From NCBI GenBank assembly GCA_015056885.1, contig SVFL01000010.1, positions 6,606 to 70,605 on the forward strand: DNA of 64,000 bases, given 5' to 3'. The notes below the pieces were generated by a model, which saw only the letters and a program-made list of their open reading frames with translations, was not told the DNA's origin and made no database searches. Positions 20,829 to 30,473 of this stretch are shown here, in pieces. Origin of the DNA: Lachnospiraceae bacterium. Lineage in GTDB: Bacteria > Bacillota > Clostridia > Lachnospirales > Lachnospiraceae. The position numbers were made by a program, and so were the translations under genes. Every line of letters begins with the position of its first letter. Within the stretch, counting starts at the first letter, position 1.

Positions 20829-21194
20829 ATGTTTCGTTTAGGAATCATTGAAGAAAGCTTGGAAAATATGGAAATTCTAAATATTCTTAATCCATATTTT
20901 GTTTCGCAACGCACAGAAGATGTCCCGGAAGATGAATGTCCACTATGGCATATTAATGAATACCACGTTGCGGACACCAAAATACAAGCATTGGCGAACA
21001 ATCTCTGCAAAAATATCAAATCAACGTGGTATATTCATGCAATTAACGAAAAAGAATTGTATGTAATCCTAAAAGGACGTTGGTTTCAACTTCCTTTATA
21101 CAAAAATGACGCATGGGACTCTATGATAGAATATGGCGTAACCATAGCCAATGTGGACCGTCATTTTCTTGAAACAGTACCCTTACATATTTAA
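20829..21194 (+). CDS. Hypothetical protein, stand-alone homologue of the XRE protein's C-terminal domain
   Basis: AAGGAG RBS; GIIEESL...W...WYIH...LYVILKGRWF pattern shared with the upstream gene. Confidence 0.75.
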   Translation: MFRLGIIEESLENMEILNILNPYFVSQRTEDVPEDECPLWHINEYHVADTKIQALANNLCKNIKSTWYIHAINEKELYVILKGRWFQLPLYKNDAWDSMIEYGVTIANVDRHFLETVPLHI

Positions 21195-21202
21195 GAAAAT
21201 CG

Positions 21203-21228
21203 GCACCTTTGCTCATATGCAAAGGTGC
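21203..21228. terminator. Probable bidirectional terminator
   Basis: GCACCTTTGC-N6-GCAAAGGTGC between convergent genes. Confidence 0.7.
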
Positions 21229-21235
21229 TGCACTT

Positions 21236-22090
21236 TTATACAGAATACTTATTATAATAGACTTCTGCCTCATCCACAGATAACGCAAAAATCTTTACAA
21301 GCTTAGCAATAATACGCTCCTTAGATACATTTTCCTCTATACTATCTAAAACAAAGGCTTGTATACCCTGACTACGACCTTCTTCAAGGGCTTCCTCACG
21401 AATCTCCTCTGCCTCTCTCCACAATCTCATATATTTTACAGACACCTCCTCGTCATGCTTCACATGCTCTACCATGCCATGGATTTCTTCTAAAAATTCA
21501 CTTGTTACATTTTCCTCGGAGCTATCCTCCATATACGTCAAAAGCTGCCTGATTTCTTCGGAAGGAATCCCCACCGTGCCCTTTGTATAGAAGAACAACG
21601 TCAAAGCTCCGTCTTCATAGGGCATTTCCGGCTCCTCCACACAACCATTTTTTACAGTATACAGCATACGCTTCAAGCCAAAGGGATAAAAAGGTGTAAT
21701 AAAAATAATAATCTCATTTATCAGTGCACCATATTTTGCCCCTGCCTTTAATCCCCGGCTGGTCATCTTGGCATGATAAAACCGCGCTCTCCTCGGCAAT
21801 GCCTTTACAGACTTTAAGCGACTGTCCCGCTCTGTTTCTATATCGTAGACTGTAATTCCGTCCAACGCTTCCTCCAGTTGAACATCCAGACAGATACCGT
21901 GGAGATTTGTATCGTTGCCATACATGATCTTTTGGGGCGTTACTGTCAATTCCCCTACCTTACGCTGCAACATCTTCTCCAAAAGGATACGCCCCAGACG
22001 AGGACCGTACACCGGATGAGTTAGCACTGAGCCAAAGAGGAAGTTGTTAAGTAAGTCCAGTTCCTGCAATTCTTTGCGTACATATTTCAT
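21236..22090 (-). CDS. Rpn/PD-(D/E)XK nuclease family protein (PDDEXK_2, putative transposase)
   Basis: LLNNFLFGSVL, ICLDV, YDIE, LPRRARFYH, IIIFITPF.PFG, FFYTKG, LLTYME, EEGRSQG tail typical of Clostridial Rpn-like proteins. Confidence 0.85.
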   Translation of the reverse strand: MKYVRKELQELDLLNNFLFGSVLTHPVYGPRLGRILLEKMLQRKVGELTVTPQKIMYGNDTNLHGICLDVQLEEALDGITVYDIETERDSRLKSVKALPRRARFYHAKMTSRGLKAGAKYGALINEIIIFITPFYPFGLKRMLYTVKNGCVEEPEMPYEDGALTLFFYTKGTVGIPSEEIRQLLTYMEDSSEENVTSEFLEEIHGMVEHVKHDEEVSVKYMRLWREAEEIREEALEEGRSQGIQAFVLDSIEENVSKERIIAKLVKIFALSVDEAEVYYNKYSV

Positions 22091-22237
22091 ATTTTCTCCT
22101 TTTCAATAAGCGAAATTAAGAAGAAATATGCAATACTACTGTTACTGCTACCCTTCCTTGCAACTTCGCCATATTCAAATATAGTTTATGGGAATTTGCA
22201 ACCGAATGGTTTAGACAGTCCCAGATTTGATGATTTC

Positions 22238-22266
22238 ATCGTAGCAGATGTGTAGGACAAAGTCAA
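22238..22266 (-). promoter_or_regulatory. Sigma-A-type promoter for the Rpn-like gene
   Basis: TTGACT-N17-TACGAT on the minus strand. Confidence 0.6.
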
Positions 22267-22288
22267 TCCATTTTCAAAATAATGACAA

Positions 22289-22322
22289 AAATTCCTGCCC
22301 TTCTGATAAAAGGCAGGAATTT
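22289..22322 (-). terminator. Terminator after glgCD-spoVG
   Basis: AAATTCCTGCC...GGCAGGAATTT stem with T-run on the minus strand. Confidence 0.75.
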
Positions 22323-22351
22323 CCTGTTTGTCTGTTATAAAATTAGTCTGT

Positions 22352-22627
22352 CTAAGCTTCTTCCTCAGGCTCGTCCAGTGCCTTCTCATAGGCGTCCAGA
22401 ATAATCTTCTGAATGCGCTCTCTGGTAGTGGAGCTGATGGGATGTGCGATATCCCGGTACTCTCCGTCTGAAGCCATCTTGCTGGGCATTGCGATAAACA
22501 GCCCTCTTTCGCCATCAATAATCTTAATGTCATGAACAACAAACTCATCATCAAGAGTGATGGACACTACAGCCTTCATCTTGCCCTCTTTGGTAATTTT
22601 GCGAACCCGTACATCTGTAATTTCCAT
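22352..22627 (-). CDS. spoVG: Septation regulator SpoVG
   Basis: [10 protein letters not shown]...FVVHDIKII...FIAMPS...YRDIAHPI. Confidence 0.96.
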   Translation of the reverse strand: MEITDVRVRKITKEGKMKAVVSITLDDEFVVHDIKIIDGERGLFIAMPSKMASDGEYRDIAHPISSTTRERIQKIILDAYEKALDEPEEEA

Positions 22628-22676
22628 ACACATGTCCCCCTGTTACAAGTATTATACCTTCTCGGTTGTAAATCAT

Positions 22677-23795
22677 TTACAATACATACCTCTCGTTGCG
22701 CTCCACAACAATCTGAACCTCCCCTTCTCCAACGAAACGGGAATTAGCCCGGATTGTATCATGACTCTCCACGATACAGTTTTCAATATAGGTATTATCA
22801 CCAATATACACATCATTTAGAATGATAGAATTCTTGATAACGCAATTATTTCCAATGTAACTTTTTTTGAAAATAACAGAATTCTCAACCACACCATTTA
22901 CAATACATCCACTGGAAACCAGACTGTTCTTAATCTGAGCACCCACATTGTACTTAGCCGGCGGCAAATCATCCACCTTGGAGTAAATATCGGGATACTG
23001 CTTAAAGAAGTAATCTCTTACGTCTGATTTGAGGAAATCCATATTTGTTGCATAATAGTCCTCAACAAATGCTATATTACGCCAATAATCCTTAATCTTG
23101 TAGCCATAAATCCGCTTCAAATCCTTGTAGCGGATGAGAATATCTCTTACAAAATCGTGGCGTTCTTCTTCTGCACACTTTTCAATCATCTCAATAAGAA
23201 GACGACGACGAATTACGTATATGCCACAGGAAATCGTATTAGTCTTCGCCTGAATCGGCTTCTCCTCAAACTCCTCAATGCGGCTTTCCTCATTCATACG
23301 AAGTGTACCAAAACGTTCAATCTGGGCACCGGGCTCCATATCTCGACAAACTACCGTAATATCTGCCTTCTTGTCGATATGATACTCTACCACTTTGTTA
23401 AAATCCATCTTGTACACACCATCACCGGATGCAATTACCACATAGGGCTCATGGCTGTTTTTCAAGAAACTCAAATTCTGATAAATGGCATCTGCAGTAC
23501 CCCTATACCAACTGGAATTGTTGGCGGTCACAGCGGGAGTAAATACATATAATCCGCCCTGTTTACGACCGAAATCCCACCACTTGGAAGAATTGAGATG
23601 CTCGTTCAGACTCCGGGCATTATACTGGGTAAACACTGCCACCTTCTGAATGTGAGAGTTTGACATATTACTCAGGGTAAAGTCAATACTTCTGTAGCTA
23701 CCTGCAATGGGCATTGCGCAGACAGCTCTCTTCTGAGACAGTTCCTTCATCCTGTGGTTGTTACCACCTGCTAAAATAATTCCGATTGCTCTCAC
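22677..23795 (-). CDS. glgD: Glucose-1-phosphate adenylyltransferase regulatory subunit
   Basis: YRSIDFTLSNMSNS, WYRGTADA; GlgC paralogue lacking the GSRL motif; follows glgC. Confidence 0.93.
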   Translation of the reverse strand: MRAIGIILAGGNNHRMKELSQKRAVCAMPIAGSYRSIDFTLSNMSNSHIQKVAVFTQYNARSLNEHLNSSKWWDFGRKQGGLYVFTPAVTANNSSWYRGTADAIYQNLSFLKNSHEPYVVIASGDGVYKMDFNKVVEYHIDKKADITVVCRDMEPGAQIERFGTLRMNEESRIEEFEEKPIQAKTNTISCGIYVIRRRLLIEMIEKCAEEERHDFVRDILIRYKDLKRIYGYKIKDYWRNIAFVEDYYATNMDFLKSDVRDYFFKQYPDIYSKVDDLPPAKYNVGAQIKNSLVSSGCIVNGVVENSVIFKKSYIGNNCVIKNSIILNDVYIGDNTYIENCIVESHDTIRANSRFVGEGEVQIVVERNERYVL

Positions 23796-23797
23796 TA

Positions 23798-25066
23798 CTA
23801 TTCACCTGCCTTAATCAATGTTTTGCCGCTTGCAAGAGCGGAATCCGTATAATCCGAAAGTTCGGTAGCACCGAAAATCACAGAGTTTTTACCCACAGTA
23901 ACACCTGCAGGAATTACACTCTTCTCGCCTACCGTCACAATGCCGTGATTATAAATATGAGGCGCTGTATCATTATCGGCCTCTTCACCCACTCCAAGCT
24001 TTACCTGATTGCCAATGCGTACATTCTCAGCCACAATAGCCTTGTTGAGCTCACAATTCTCACCGATAACCGTCTCATTCATAATAATGGAATCTCGCAC
24101 CACCGTACCCTTGCCGATGGTAACTCCGCAACCGATAACCGAATTGTAAACCTCTCCGTATACATTTGTACCTTCGCCCACAATGCTGCGCTCCACTACA
24201 CTCTCGGCAGAAAAATACTGAGGAGGCTGAATCTCACTCTTCGTGTAAATCTTCCAATACTCTTCGTAAAGATTAAACTCAGGTACAATATCAATCAGTT
24301 CCATATTGGCTTCCCAATAGGAATTCAATGTTCCTACATCTTTCCAATAGCCGGTAAACTCATAAGCATACAGAGGTGAACCCTTGTCATGGCAGTAAGG
24401 TATTACGTGCTTACCAAAATCCAGTGCCGGCTGATCCGCCATAGCAACCAATGCCTCTTTCAAAGTCCTCCAGTTAAAAATATAAATACCCATGCTGGCA
24501 AGATTACTTCTGGGATGCTCCGGCTTCTCCTCAAATTCGGTGATGCGCTTATTTTCGTCAGCAATCATAATACCAAAACGGCTTGCCTCCTCCATGGGAA
24601 CCGGCATTACCGCAATGGTAACCTCTGCTCCGTTCTCCTTATGAAAATCAAGCATTACCTCATAATCCATCTTGTAAATATGGTCACCTGACAAAATCAA
24701 AACGTACTCCGGATTAAAGCTTTCCATATACTCCAGATTCTGATAAATTGCATTTGCAGTACCGGTATACCACTCACTGTTGGTACTCTTCTCGTAAGGA
24801 GGCAACACAGCCACACCTCCGATATTACGGTCCAAATCCCAGGGAATACCGATTCCAATATGTGTATTTAATCGCAAGGGCTGATATTGGGTAAGTACAC
24901 CTACCGTATCAACACCTGAATTAATACAGTTTGATAAAGGGAAATCAATTATTCGATATTTACCACCAAATGCCACTGCAGGCTTGGCCACCTTAGATGT
25001 AAGTACGCCTAAACGACTTCCCTGACCACCTGCCAGAAGCATAGCTATCATTTCTTTCTTAACCAT
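23798..25066 (-). CDS. glgC: Glucose-1-phosphate adenylyltransferase
   Basis: [42 protein letters not shown]. Confidence 0.97.
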   Translation of the reverse strand: MVKKEMIAMLLAGGQGSRLGVLTSKVAKPAVAFGGKYRIIDFPLSNCINSGVDTVGVLTQYQPLRLNTHIGIGIPWDLDRNIGGVAVLPPYEKSTNSEWYTGTANAIYQNLEYMESFNPEYVLILSGDHIYKMDYEVMLDFHKENGAEVTIAVMPVPMEEASRFGIMIADENKRITEFEEKPEHPRSNLASMGIYIFNWRTLKEALVAMADQPALDFGKHVIPYCHDKGSPLYAYEFTGYWKDVGTLNSYWEANMELIDIVPEFNLYEEYWKIYTKSEIQPPQYFSAESVVERSIVGEGTNVYGEVYNSVIGCGVTIGKGTVVRDSIIMNETVIGENCELNKAIVAENVRIGNQVKLGVGEEADNDTAPHIYNHGIVTVGEKSVIPAGVTVGKNSVIFGATELSDYTDSALASGKTLIKAGE

Positions 25067-25380
25067 GTCATCACCTCTTCCTGCCTTTTCCCACTACTCG
25101 CTAGTAATGGCAGTAACATTATAGCACACTTCCTCTTGGAAGTGAATACAAATTGCCAAAGAATTTTACTTTTTTCTCTAATTTTTGGATATTTTTTACA
25201 TATTTGTATACAATTTTCTTTCTTTCAAAAAATTTTACGTTATTTTAGTAACCATTGACTTAACCACACTAAAAATCCTATCCAAAGATAACTTGCAGAG
25301 CTTGTTGCAAGTGTATATAATATAGGATGTAAAGCATATACTATAACTTATGGAACTACATATTCTGAAAGGATATCATT

Positions 25381-26772
25381 ATGTATAAAATTGATTTTGC
25401 CAATCCTTCCTCTGTTTACTTTGCCGGAATCGGAGGAATCAGCATGAGCGGCCTCGCAGAAATTTTGGCAGACGCCGGCTTTCAAGTATCCGGCTCGGAC
25501 CGCACCAAAAGCGCCCTCACAGAAAATCTTGAAGCCAAAGGCGTTAAAGTATTCTATGGGCAACGTGCCGAAAATATCACTTCTGACATCGATTGCGTAG
25601 TATTCACCAGTGCAATCCGGGAAGATAATCCGGAATACATTGCCACCATGGAGCAAAACATTCCCCATCTGACCCGCGCGGAACTTTTGGGGCAGCTGAT
25701 GCGCAACTACAAGACCTCCATTGCAGTCAGCGGTACTCACGGCAAGACCACTACTACCTCCATGGTTAGTGAGATTCTGTTACAGGCAGACACAGATCCG
25801 ACTCTGTCCATCGGCGGTATTTATAAAAGCATTGGCGGCAATATCCGCGTGGGCAGCAACAACTGTTTCGTAACCGAGGCTTGTGAATATACCAACAGTT
25901 TCCTCAGTTTCCTGCCCACCATCGGAATTATTCTTAATATAGAGGAAGACCATTTGGACTTCTTTAAGGATTTGGCTGACATTCGCCATTCCTTCCGGGA
26001 ATTTGCCAAACTCCTGCCGGCTGACGGTTGCCTGATTATCAACGCAGACATCCCCAATTATCAGGAGATTACCGAAGGGCTTTCCTGCAAAGTGATTACC
26101 TATTCCATGACCGAAAATGCTGCTGACTATTTCCCTACGGAAATTACCTATGATTCCATGGGGCATCCCTCCTTTACAGCAAATACATCCGTATCCGATG
26201 CAGAGCCTGTCCGTTCACTGAGCTTAGGCGTTACCGGCGCCCACAATGTAAGCAATGCTTTAGCCGCGCTGGCACTGGCTGATTATATGCAGATTGACAG
26301 CACTGTTACCGCCAAGGCGCTTGCCGACTACACCGGCACTGACAGACGTTTCCAATATAAAGGTTCCATCGGTGGAGTGACCGTAATAGATGATTATGCA
26401 CATCATCCTACAGAAATTACTGCAACTTTAAATGCTGCTCAAAATTATCCTCATAAAACCCTGTGGTGTGTATTCCAGCCCCATACTTACACACGCACCA
26501 AAGCATTTATGGATGATTTTGCCCAAGCGCTTTCTGCCGCTGATAATGTCATTTTGGCAGATATCTATGCAGCCCGTGAAACAGATAATTTGGGAATCAG
26601 CTCCCAAACACTCCAAAGCAAGATTCAAGAGTTGGGTGGCACCTGCCATTACTTCCCTACTTTTGACGAAATAGAAAATTTTCTTTTGGAAAATTGCACA
26701 AACGGTGATTTGTTGATAACTATGGGAGCCGGAGATGTACTAAAAATCGGTGAAAACTTATTAGGAATTTAA
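25381..26772 (+). CDS. murC: UDP-N-acetylmuramate--L-alanine ligase
   Basis: GIGGISMSG, GTHGKTTT, EACEY, DDYAHHPTE, FQPHTY. Confidence 0.97.
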   Translation: MYKIDFANPSSVYFAGIGGISMSGLAEILADAGFQVSGSDRTKSALTENLEAKGVKVFYGQRAENITSDIDCVVFTSAIREDNPEYIATMEQNIPHLTRAELLGQLMRNYKTSIAVSGTHGKTTTTSMVSEILLQADTDPTLSIGGIYKSIGGNIRVGSNNCFVTEACEYTNSFLSFLPTIGIILNIEEDHLDFFKDLADIRHSFREFAKLLPADGCLIINADIPNYQEITEGLSCKVITYSMTENAADYFPTEITYDSMGHPSFTANTSVSDAEPVRSLSLGVTGAHNVSNALAALALADYMQIDSTVTAKALADYTGTDRRFQYKGSIGGVTVIDDYAHHPTEITATLNAAQNYPHKTLWCVFQPHTYTRTKAFMDDFAQALSAADNVILADIYAARETDNLGISSQTLQSKIQELGGTCHYFPTFDEIENFLLENCTNGDLLITMGAGDVLKIGENLLGI

Positions 26773-26932
26773 TTTTCCACAATATCCACAAGAGCATGGC
26801 AGACATTAGAGCCTCACTCTTGTGGATATTTGTTTGTATATTTGTGGATAGAAAATTTTGTCAAAAATATTATAATTTAGCGGTTATTTTATAATAAGAT
26901 TTCGATTATGCACATTATCCACATTATCCACA
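26773..26932. promoter_or_regulatory. DnaA-box cluster (7 boxes)
   Basis: TTTTCCACA 26773, ATATCCACA 26782, TGTGGATAT 26821, TGTGGATAG 26843, TTATGCACA 26906, TTATCCACA 26915, TTATCCACA 26924. Confidence 0.85.
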
Positions 26933-27039
26933 TTTTAAGGCCATTTTTACCCCCGTCAGGGTTTCGGGAATTTGACTATTTCATTTTTGAAAACCTTATG
27001 CTATACTCTAAAATACTTTGACGAGAGAAGGTTCTAAAT

Positions 27040-28137
27040 ATGGCACGTTTAACGATTTACAAAGATTCTAATACAAATTCCACGGCAATTCCCAACCGTT
27101 TTATAGATGAGTTTATGCCCGACGCTAACGCCGCGCAGGTGAAGGTGTATCTTTTTCTTACCCGCATGCTGGGTGCCGGACAGGCTACCAGTGTGTCTGA
27201 TATGGCGGACAAGTTTAATTATCCCGAGAAGGATATTATTCGTGCGCTTAAATATTGGGAGAAAAAGGGGCTTTTGTCACTTGATTACGATGCTGCCGGC
27301 ATCCCCGTAGGCATTCATTTTAAAGACTTGGAGGCGCCGACTGTAGCAAGCCCTGCTTCCACTTCTCAGTCTCTGGCTATGTTTGTGGAAAATGATACCA
27401 CATCTGCAGCGACCTTGAATCAGACTACTACCGGAGCAATTTATGAAACACCTTCTTATGAGAATGAAAGACCGTCTTATGAGAAGCCTTCCTACTCTAC
27501 CGCTCAGCTTCGGGAGTTCAAGGACCGTGAGGAAACTGCGCAGATTCTTTTTATTGCAGAATCCTATATCGGTCGTCCTCTGACCCCCGCTGAAATGAAG
27601 TCCATTCTGTTTTTCACGGATGTACTGAATTTCTCCGAGGATTTGATTGACCATCTGATTGCCTATTGTGTGGACAGAGGCAAAAAGGACTTTAAATATA
27701 TCGAGAAAGTTGCAATCAGCTGGGCTGAAAATGGCGTAACCACCCCCAAGCAGGCACGCAAATTTTCTACCAAATATGATAAGAATGTTTATGCCATCAT
27801 GAACGCACTGGGCAAAAACAACTCTCCTACTGCCAAAGAGGCAGAGTACATAACCCGTTGGACCGGCGAGTACGGATTTGACATGGATATCATTTTGGAG
27901 GCCTGCGAGCGTACCGTAATGGCTACCGACCGTCACCGTCTGGAGTATGCGGAGAGTATTTTAAACAGCTGGCGTCAGGAAAATGTACGCCACAAGGCGG
28001 ACATTCACAAGATTGATGAACTTTATCATCGCAAGAAAACAGCAGCCAAGCCTGCTGCCAATAATAAATTCAATAATTTCTCCCAGCAAAACAGCTACAA
28101 CTTTGATGAGCTGGAGAAAGAACTTTTGAGTAACTAA
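27040..28137 (+). CDS. dnaD: DnaD/DnaB-domain replication protein
   Basis: IPNRFIDEFM, ALKYWEKKG, two DnaB_2 repeats (YIEKVAISW, YAESILNSW). Confidence 0.85.
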   Translation: MARLTIYKDSNTNSTAIPNRFIDEFMPDANAAQVKVYLFLTRMLGAGQATSVSDMADKFNYPEKDIIRALKYWEKKGLLSLDYDAAGIPVGIHFKDLEAPTVASPASTSQSLAMFVENDTTSAATLNQTTTGAIYETPSYENERPSYEKPSYSTAQLREFKDREETAQILFIAESYIGRPLTPAEMKSILFFTDVLNFSEDLIDHLIAYCVDRGKKDFKYIEKVAISWAENGVTTPKQARKFSTKYDKNVYAIMNALGKNNSPTAKEAEYITRWTGEYGFDMDIILEACERTVMATDRHRLEYAESILNSWRQENVRHKADIHKIDELYHRKKTAAKPAANNKFNNFSQQNSYNFDELEKELLSN

Positions 28138-28155
28138 TGCCGAAAGGAGACCGTC

Positions 28156-29154
28156 ATGGCACTGAGCAATCAGCAATATGAGTCCATTATGAGAGGCTAT
28201 GAACAGACAAGGGATGACAACCGCTATATTTTAGAAGAACGCCGGGAAGAAGTTTATCGCCTTATACCTGAATATCAGCAGTTGGAGGCTGAAGTAGGAA
28301 GTATCTCTGTTGCCAAAGCCAAATGCCTCTTGGATGGTGATGCAAATGCACTCACCGCCCTGCACGATTCCATTGAACAGATTAGCCGCCGCAAAAAAGA
28401 GCTTTTGCTTGCAAACGGTCTGCCGGCAGATTATTTGAATCCTATTTATACCTGCCCTGACTGTCAGGACACAGGATATATCAATACGGAAGAACTAACG
28501 AAAGAAAAATGTCACTGTCTCAGGCAACAGGAGTTAGCTATTCTCTATGAACAATCCAACATTCAGGATTTGCTTGCCAGAGAGAATTTTTCCACCCTTT
28601 CCTATGAATACTATCAGGGTGAGGATTTAGAGCGTTTTCAGGGTGCCGTTAAAATCTGTAGAGATTTTGTACAAAATTTCAAACAGGACTACCGCAATCT
28701 CTTCTTTTATGGTACAGTAGGTACCGGCAAGAGTTTTTTGTCCGGCTGTGTGGCCGGCGAACTGTTAAACGCAGGACACTCTGTTATTTATTTCAGCAGT
28801 TCCGGACTGTTTGATACACTTGCCCGATATACTTTTGACGCAAAAGCAAAAGAAAGTCTTTACAATTTCTGCGAAGACCTTTATAATTGCGAATTGGTGA
28901 TACTGGATGATTTAGGCACCGAAGTGACAAACTCTTTTGTTGCCTCCCAGCTATTTTCCTGTTTAAATGAAAGACATTTACGCCAAAAGGCTACAATTAT
29001 ATCCACCAATTTAAGTTTGGAGGAGCTTAGAGACCGTTATTCCGACAGAGTTTTCTCCCGGATTACCAGTAACTACACTTTGTGTAAGCTGACCGGTCCC
29101 GACATCCGCATGCAGCGAAAACGCGCAGCAAAGGGTGATACTTGCACCCGTTAG
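28156..29154 (+). CDS. dnaC: DnaC/DnaI-like helicase loader ATPase (IstB-like)
   Basis: CPDCQDTG...CHC zinc site, GTVGTGKS Walker A, ILDDLG, TIISTNL, DRVFSR. Confidence 0.88.
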   Translation: MALSNQQYESIMRGYEQTRDDNRYILEERREEVYRLIPEYQQLEAEVGSISVAKAKCLLDGDANALTALHDSIEQISRRKKELLLANGLPADYLNPIYTCPDCQDTGYINTEELTKEKCHCLRQQELAILYEQSNIQDLLARENFSTLSYEYYQGEDLERFQGAVKICRDFVQNFKQDYRNLFFYGTVGTGKSFLSGCVAGELLNAGHSVIYFSSSGLFDTLARYTFDAKAKESLYNFCEDLYNCELVILDDLGTEVTNSFVASQLFSCLNERHLRQKATIISTNLSLEELRDRYSDRVFSRITSNYTLCKLTGPDIRMQRKRAAKGDTCTR

Positions 29155-29217
29155 ATTATTTTGAACCCAATATTTTTATATATAATGTTATAATTCAGAA
29201 AGTGAGGATATTTTTTC

Positions 29218-30408
29218 ATGGGAAACCGCCAAGAAAAGCGTAATTTGGAGACAATACCCGTTGGCTCTCTGGGCATCATCGCTCTGGACGGCTGTAGGGA
29301 GTTAGGACAGACTGTTGATGACTTCCTGGTAAAATGGAGAGCAGAGCGAGAAAGTGAGCACAAGGAGTCTCTTGCATTCTCCGGCTATATGAGAAATACC
29401 TATCTTTTGGACACTAAGGTACCCCGTTTCGGATCCGGTGAGGCGAAGGGTGTTATCAATGAATCCGTCCGCGGTACAGATGTATATCTGTTGGTGGATG
29501 TAATGAATTACTCCAAAACTTATTCCCTTTGCGGACATGAGAACCATATGTCCCCCGATGACCACTATCAGGATTTGAAGCGTATTATCGCAGCAATCGG
29601 CGGAAAAGCAAGACGTCTTACCGTTATCATGCCTTTCCTTTATGAGAGCCGTCAGCACAAGAGAACCGCCAGAGAATCCCTTGACTGTGCATTGGCTCTG
29701 CAGGAGCTGGTTGCTATGGGTGTTGACAACATCATCACCTTTGATGCACATGATCCCAGAGTGCAGAATGCAATTCCCCTTCACGGCTTTGAGACTGTGC
29801 AGCCCGCTTATCAGTTTATTAAGGGTCTGCTTCGCAATGTGAAGGATTTGAAGATTGATTCCGACCATATGATGGTCATCAGCCCCGATGAAGGCGGTAT
29901 GAGTCGTGCAATTTACATTGCCAACGTTCTTGGTCTTGATATGGGTATGTTCTATAAGCGTCGTGACTATACCCGTATTGTAAACGGCCGTAACCCTATC
30001 GTGGCACATGAGTTCCTTGGTACCGATGTTGAGGGTAAGGACATGATTATCATTGACGATATGATTTCCTCCGGCGAAAGTGTTCTGGAGGTTGCTGCTG
30101 CCCTTAAGGCACGCAAGGCCAACAAGATTTTCGTATTTGCTACCTTTGGTCTCTTCACCAGCGGTCTGGAGAAGTTTGACAAGGCTTATGAAGATGGTGT
30201 AATTGATAAGGTTTTGACCACTAACTTGATTTATCAGACTTCTGATCTTCTCAATCGCGACTGGTACATCAATTGTGATTTGAGCAAGTATATCGCCTAC
30301 ATCATCGATACCTTGAATCACGATTCCTCCATCAGCGACCTGCTGAATCCCAGTGAGCGAATCCAAAACATTGTAACCCGTTATAAAAACGGCGAAAATT
30401 TAGACTAA
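29218..30408 (+). CDS. prs: Ribose-phosphate pyrophosphokinase
   Basis: FGSGE, MPFLYESRQ, SPDEGG, IIIDDMISSGES. Confidence 0.95.
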   Translation: MGNRQEKRNLETIPVGSLGIIALDGCRELGQTVDDFLVKWRAERESEHKESLAFSGYMRNTYLLDTKVPRFGSGEAKGVINESVRGTDVYLLVDVMNYSKTYSLCGHENHMSPDDHYQDLKRIIAAIGGKARRLTVIMPFLYESRQHKRTARESLDCALALQELVAMGVDNIITFDAHDPRVQNAIPLHGFETVQPAYQFIKGLLRNVKDLKIDSDHMMVISPDEGGMSRAIYIANVLGLDMGMFYKRRDYTRIVNGRNPIVAHEFLGTDVEGKDMIIIDDMISSGESVLEVAAALKARKANKIFVFATFGLFTSGLEKFDKAYEDGVIDKVLTTNLIYQTSDLLNRDWYINCDLSKYIAYIIDTLNHDSSISDLLNPSERIQNIVTRYKNGENLD

Positions 30409-30423
30409 ATATTGTAAACGAAA

Positions 30424-30456
30424 AATGTCAACCATTCGTAAAGAATGGTTGGCATT
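30424..30456. promoter_or_regulatory. Palindrome: probable BirA operator and/or prs terminator
   Basis: AATGTCAAC-N15-GTTGGCATT resembles the Firmicute BirA operator (TGTtAAC-N14-16-GTTaACA) and lies just upstream of bioY. Confidence 0.55.
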
Positions 30457-30473
30457 CTTTATAAGGAGAACCT

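Noticed and set aside
26773-26932. oriC
   Set aside because: No dnaA/dnaN nearby and no overall change in strand bias across the site. Kept as a DnaA-box cluster; an origin role cannot be fully excluded.
27442-27496. Short degenerate tandem repeat in dnaD (YETPS-YENERPS-YEKPS-Y)
   Set aside because: Ordinary low-complexity linker duplication; not a CRISPR or phase-variable tract.
28156-29154. IstB-like ATPase as an IS21 element or prophage replication module
   Set aside because: There is no IstA, terminal repeat or phage gene; it sits between murC and prs with dnaD, consistent with core replication genes.
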